Source: Amoebophrya sp. A120
Taxonomy: Eukaryota; Protista; Dinoflagellata
Direction of reading: 5' to 3'
Assembly: GCA_905178155.1 (NCBI GenBank)
Contig: CAJINV010000007.1
Span: forward strand, 2,771,151-2,835,150
DNA length: 64,000 bases
Shown here one piece after another: positions 58,801 to 64,000 of the stretch. A program made the position numbers and the translations under genes. How positions within the stretch are numbered: the stretch's first letter is position 1; the number at the start of each line of letters is the position of its first letter. Below the pieces are notes generated by a model. The model saw only the letters and a list, made by a program, of their open reading frames with translations. It was not told the origin of the DNA and ran no database searches.

Positions 58801-58870
58801 CTGAAGCAGGTTCTTGTGAAGATGTCATTATAATCCGGCTGGAAGAGGAGGAGGAAGTAGAGGAGGACAT
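55847..58870 (-). CDS. Multi-pass membrane protein, multi-exon, interrupted by a 1.07-kb insert
   Basis: Built from ORFs 58532..58870, 58020..58448, 56425..56994 and 55847..56275. Deleting 57017-58083 plus one 18-bp repeat gives the in-frame HLLYFMYFISCFGAVLLLLFFTF. Other intron ends were not resolved. Confidence 0.65.
57017..58083. mobile_element. 1067-bp GC-rich, hairpin-rich non-coding insertion with an 18-bp TSD and telomere-like repeats
   Basis: CCAAAACATGAAATAAAG occurs at 56999-57016 and 58084-58101. CCCTAAACCCTGAAACCTAAACCAAACCC lies at 57023-57051. No credible ORF. Confidence 0.8.
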
Positions 58871-60182
58871 GGTGCCTTCTACTTTTTTGGTCTTGTATTC
58901 TCTAAGTCGCTCAAACGACAGTCTTGGTTTCTGCTACCACAATGCTAGAAGTGCGGTGGTGCGAGAAAGATAGAGAAGACGGAGCGCCAAGACATACACA
59001 CAGAAGAATTAGATATGTTCAAAAATTTCAACAGCATAGTAGCAACAGTCTCGGAGAGCACACTTCTCAAAACAAAGCCATCTACGTCAACGGTCTACCA
59101 GCTCCCTGCTCACTCTCTCGCCATCACTTTCGTCCCTTTCGTCTCTTTATTCACTTTCACCTCGGTATCGCAACGTGTGCAACTACATCATCTGTAATCT
59201 ACTCATGCTACCACACCGCGGTCGCTGCTCATTGGGCTTGAAAGAAATTCCCTCTCTCGACATCGTAATCTGTCGAGAACAGTACATGACTGTTCAGTCA
59301 CTGGAGTGTGCAAATTTGGTCGCCATGAAAAGCAACATTGGGATACTTAATTCTCAGAAAGATACTAGTTAGTATTCATCTGAAAACGTCGTACTTATCG
59401 TCTTCACAGAAGACGTCGCGTTCATCTTACAGCCTGCTTCCAAAAATTTTGTACAGTGTTCTTACGATGCATATGCTAGGGTGGTAGTGATTAAGATTTA
59501 GAAATGGACAGGATATGATGCGCACGGGGAAGTACTTTCCATAAAAATTTTCCCAGGATAATGATGGCTTTGGCTTAGCTCCACCACGACTGTAAAAATG
59601 AAAATGATTCACGTTTATCTGAAAAGAAACAAGAACTCTCGTGGTGAACCAGCAGCAAGCGTGTGGCCATACGGGAACGGACTCCTGTGCTCGTTGTCAC
59701 ACACTGCAAGCTGTGGTTTTGCGAATTACGGTTGGATAAAGGAAATTGAAAGGTTTAAACTAACTGGTGATGCAATGTTCTAACAATAGACGCTTGGGCT
59801 TGACATAAAGTGGGGGAAGAAAGATACTGCATGCACACGTGACCGCACCATACGCAGGATTTTGCGAAAGTGCCAGCTCACTGGTAAAAGTAAAATCGAA
59901 GACTGGGTGGTAAATTTATACGGGTAGACTGTTTGACTTTTGAGCGCCAGTGTCATAGAAACACTTCGGCAGTATCCCAGATGAAGGTAAAAATGCTTGT
60001 TTAAATGTGAAATTCACGTAAATGTTTTAGTAAAACGCATGTTTGTATGAACAATTCGAAAACGCCGGGAAGAGCAGCGGGCAAAATCAATCACGATCTG
60101 TTGCACTTGCAGCTGCCTACTTTTTCATCACTTCTCGAAAAACAAGAATGTCCTCATCGAAAAGAGATGCAACTTTGTCCCT

Positions 60183-61794
60183 TCACTTTCGCAGCACCAT
60201 GTGCACGAGCGACATGGCTTCGTGCTTTTTGCCCATCACCAGCGCCACCGACAAATTGACCGCCGTCAGGGCCAAGAAGGTCAGCAGTTGCTGCAGAGCG
60301 AACGTGAGGCTGCCGTGCTGCGTGGATGACACCAAGTCCTCCTGCAGCGGCAAAAATGTTGCGCTCGCGGGCACGCACAGCAGAATGCCGAACAAGACCG
60401 GCGCGGCCAGGAGCGAGGTCGTCATCCAGGAGAGCGTGTCGGCGTCCGGTGTGGAATGCGTTTTCACGCCCGCCCAGTTGTTCTTCCACTTCTTTTCCGC
60501 AACCAAGTCCGCCCACACCCGGGAAAACTGACGGGGCAGGAGCAGGAACTCCATGTGCAGCACGTAGGGGAGCAACAGCACGCAGGCGGTGACGTCGAAA
60601 TTCGTCAAGTACAGCACGCTCATCTGCAGCACGGTCCAGGTGCTGTCTTCCAACCAGCCGAGAAGCTCCGACTGCAGCAGCAAGTGCGCCCAGCACAGCA
60701 GCTCGCCGACGGTGCAGAGCAGGCCAACGACGCCGACGTGGAAGGCACTGGGATAGTCATTTGACACAAATTGGTGGACGTGTCATTTTTCTAAAAGTCA
60801 TGTTGTACTCGTAGCTCTAGCTGCTCTGCGTATTGTATTGATGTTCTATCCATGCATGTCGAAAAACAAACTTTATCTTTAAGTACCCTTGTTCATCCCA
60901 GCTGTAGAAGTAGAGTCCGAAAGTGTGCGCCTCGAGCTTGTAGAACGCGAACTCGCACACCGTTGCGAGCATCCGGGCGCAAATCGGTGACTTGAGGAAC
61001 CCGGAATCGACTTGGCGGGCCGGCACGTAGCTGGAGGGCCAGTGGAGGCGAAGAATGGAATTGCTGGCGACCAAAACGGTGGCCAAAGTGAGAGCCAGTG
61101 CGTTGAGTAGGGAGGTGGAGAGGAGAGCTGTTGAATTTTGACATTGATATTGCGTTTGTGGTTCAAAACCTGATGACCAGAGAAGATTTACACCGATACT
61201 AACCAGGTTAGTTTCGGTCTAAATCTTCTCTGAAAGGGCACGTATATGCATGCCAAACCGCGACGACCGGAGCCGGACTCACGGTGAATGAAGTTCAAAT
61301 AATTGTGAGAAATGAATCCAAAAAAACCCAATACCCTTCTCCACCACCACCACGGGCGTTTTCGTGAAGGTCAGCATGGACCACAGCGAGCCCTTGTCGG
61401 CGACCACCGTCGCGGCTGGGAGCGAAACCACACGGTGCATCAGGAACACGCGGTAGAGCAAACAAGCCAACAACAGCGGTGCGCAAAGCCAGTACACTCC
61501 CTTGGCGCGGAACCTTTCCAGGTCGCCGTCCACGTTCGACAGGACCCGCTGGAGCCGTTTCTTCAAAGCGGAAGAAGTTGTGCTGGAAACAGGGGATTTG
61601 GCCACCGTAGGACTTGATGAGTTTTTCTTCGGCGAAGCCGTTGGGGACGCTGCACCCTTCTTCATCGGCGTGGAAGAACCTCCTGCTTTTTTCATCGGCG
61701 TGCGGTTCCGGGCACGGCCGCCGGCTGCGGTCGCCGGACTTGCGTCCTTCGTCTCGAGCAGGGTGGGCATTTTTACCAGAGAGAGAATTCCCAT
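60183..61794 (-). CDS. Multi-pass membrane protein of unknown function, about three exons
   Basis: ORFs 61279..61794, 60817..61086 and 60183..60767 are GC3-rich and hydrophobic, separated by AT-richer intron-like gaps. The N-terminus is basic and SP/TP-rich. Confidence 0.65.
61178..61232. repeat. 55-bp near-perfect palindrome in an intron
   Basis: CAGAGAAGATTTACACCGATACTAACC-A-GGTTAGTTTCGGTCTAAATCTTCTCTG, 25 of 27 positions paired. Confidence 0.9.
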
Positions 61795-62543
61795 TTGAAT
61801 GTTTCTTGTTCAATCAAAGTCTGGACTTTTCTCTTCGCACCTATGAGAGGAGGACGTTTCGTGGATGATGTGACCCTAGCACTACTTGAGTGGTAGAAGA
61901 AGTACGTACTTCTTGGCTCGTGTGGGGATTGACACCACGGCGTGACTTCCTGTAAAAAAAAAACTACCTGAGTGGTGGTGGTGGAAGAACGATAACATTA
62001 TAACGAAGAAAACCACGATCATTGAAGCTCGCGGACACACACTATTGACGGCTGTGAAGAACAAAAAAAAATCCCTTACTGACGGAACGGCGAGAAGAAA
62101 ACACGATTCTGAGCGAGATATTTTGTAGGTACGAGTTGAGCTTGAGGGGACAAACTGCACGAAAAAAAAAATCACGATGGAGTCATGGCTGAACGAGTTG
62201 GTAGATCGATTACGATTGCATGCTGCTGTGTTTCACTTTCACATCAATTTACAACCCAGAGCCAGACGACACGAAATGATTCATTCGCAAAAAAACGACA
62301 CGTTTTTCGCACGATTCCTTTTTTCGACGTTTTATTGACCAAAAAATTGAGCGGTCGAGGTCGACGACCCATAGAAAATATACTCTTCATTCTCATCGCT
62401 GTTGGCTTTCGCATCAAAAAAAAAACGAACAAATAAGGATAGACCAGTTTGTCAATGTCATTCTGGCTGACGCGGCCGAAAAATGTGCAGCGAATTGAGT
62501 GGGACTGGATAGACGTCGATCTAGAGCTAAGCAAACCATTTCA

Positions 62544-63878
62544 TCAACACAAGCTCTTGAGTGCCTGTACGATGTCGGGCTCGTTATCCGGCATCTGCTC
62601 TCCTTGCGCTCTAGTTTCTGAATTTGAGTTAAAGACGGAGCAACCCCGTAGATGAAGTTGCTCACGGCCGACCCGGTTGCCTAGAGTTTCATCCATACCA
62701 AAAAGCTTGCTCGCTGCCTCCCAGATCACCGCGAGTTGATTCTTCTGGTACCGCAAGTCACATGCGTGCAGGCATTGCAGTAAGGCTTTCTGGACTCGCA
62801 GCCGCTGTGCTCCAGCTTCACGAGGAGTACGCCTAGCGGTGACAATAGTGTCAATAACATCCTTGTCCTGCTCTGACGGAGACGCAGAACCACTGAGTTC
62901 AGCACACCGTGGGCGCTCTGGGGGCTTCCCAGAAGTTCCGCCTAGAAAAATCCTGGCTCCCCGGAACAGGGTCGCTAGCGTTTTCGTGTTCACTGCCCGT
63001 TTCAGGTTCTCTGTCGGAGTTGTTCGGGAACGGGAAGTCAACGATTCCACCGTGTCCGCAAGCCTGTCCAAAAGCGGCGAGGCATGCATCGTGAGGATTG
63101 TCGCTGCCAACTCCGTTTGCTCCCTTCCATCGTTGCTCGCGGCGAGGAAAAGCCGGCTAAGGGCATTGATGCTCTTTGCCAGTGGGGAGAGCAAAGTGGG
63201 GGAACAAGAGCTGTCAGTATCTAGTATTCCGGAAGATGCAGGAAAGTCCGCAAGATGAATTCCGATCTTCGAGAAATCAACTGAGTTTAGACACCGTTGC
63301 ACTAAAGTCTGTAGGTTGTGGTGGTTTGGTAGACAAACGTCACAGCTCGCGAAACTCCACTCAACGAAGGAAGCGCAGCAATTGAGCAGTTGCGCAACCT
63401 CCTCGGCGGTGCGGCCTTGCACAGGGTTCTGTGTACTTGATAAAGCTCGTCCCATTTCAGAAGTGCAACCAGTTGTTGTAGCATTCCTGGCTCTGTTCTT
63501 TCCGCCAGCAAGAAACACGGCCTCGAAAAGTCGCATGGTGGTTTCGAAGTTTTGCCATTTCCTTGTCAAGAACGCTGCTGACGACAATGAAGATCCAACT
63601 TCTGCTACCAGAAACAAGCCCCCGGGTCGGAGCAGGAAACTGCGCTGCGTGGGGTCCAGGCTATGGCGATGTAGCAGCACAGCCTTTTGTAATTGAAAGG
63701 CAAGGGCTTCGAATCTTTCGTCCGTTTCGTCTTTTGCGATAGCATCTCCGGGATAATCATCGAGATGAGCGTAGAGATTTCTACTAGAAGCTCCTCTCTG
63801 CTGAAAAACCGCTTTTCTTCTCTTGTGCAAAAAGCAAAACACCTCTACTCCCTCCACGATCCCAACCAAGTCACGCAT
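62544..63878 (-). CDS. Hypothetical Leu/Ala-rich helical protein; the 5' end may lie further upstream
   Basis: 444-aa ORF on the same strand as all other host genes, with no recognisable domain. Confidence 0.55.
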   Translation of the reverse strand: MRDLVGIVEGVEVFCFLHKRRKAVFQQRGASSRNLYAHLDDYPGDAIAKDETDERFEALAFQLQKAVLLHRHSLDPTQRSFLLRPGGLFLVAEVGSSLSSAAFLTRKWQNFETTMRLFEAVFLAGGKNRARNATTTGCTSEMGRALSSTQNPVQGRTAEEVAQLLNCCASFVEWSFASCDVCLPNHHNLQTLVQRCLNSVDFSKIGIHLADFPASSGILDTDSSCSPTLLSPLAKSINALSRLFLAASNDGREQTELAATILTMHASPLLDRLADTVESLTSRSRTTPTENLKRAVNTKTLATLFRGARIFLGGTSGKPPERPRCAELSGSASPSEQDKDVIDTIVTARRTPREAGAQRLRVQKALLQCLHACDLRYQKNQLAVIWEAASKLFGMDETLGNRVGREQLHLRGCSVFNSNSETRAQGEQMPDNEPDIVQALKSLC

Positions 63879-64000
63879 TCGCCGTCGCTGCGCGTCGAGG
63901 ACCCTTGCTCTCGCGAGGACATCGTCGTGAAGGTCAACACTATTTCGCGGCGGTTTTCTCGTGCTGCGAGAATTTGTCTCGCCAACGGGGGCAACAGCTT

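Overview
Gene-dense eukaryotic nuclear DNA. The features point to a syndinian dinoflagellate such as Amoebophrya (inference): about 15 host genes all lie on the minus strand, proteins carry Ser/Gly-rich low-complexity inserts, and both GT-AG introns and non-canonical introns are present. Recognisable products are a ferlin-like multi-C2 protein, a NEK-family kinase, an ABC1/UbiB (ADCK2-like) kinase, a folate-receptor-like protein and a P/U-type (PHO80-like) cyclin with a signal peptide. Eight MITE-like 'introner' elements (two families, TATC...GATA-type termini, 5-bp target duplications) sit inside coding sequence. Removing each plus one duplication restores the reading frame exactly, they occur in both orientations, and most lack usable GT/GC-AG ends. 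A full-length but decayed Ty1/copia LTR retrotransposon lies at 31743-38885 on the plus strand. Its primer-binding site does not look like a tRNA 3'-end site. It is instead complementary to the junction formed if the dinoflagellate spliced leader (...GCTCAAG) were trans-spliced onto a CAG acceptor in the element's own LTR. This candidate spliced-leader-dependent, self-primed copia is the most novel signal in the window. A 1.07-kb hairpin-rich insert with an 18-bp target duplication, telomere-like repeats and an internal copy of its own target site interrupts a membrane-protein gene. All gene models were built by hand without expression data.
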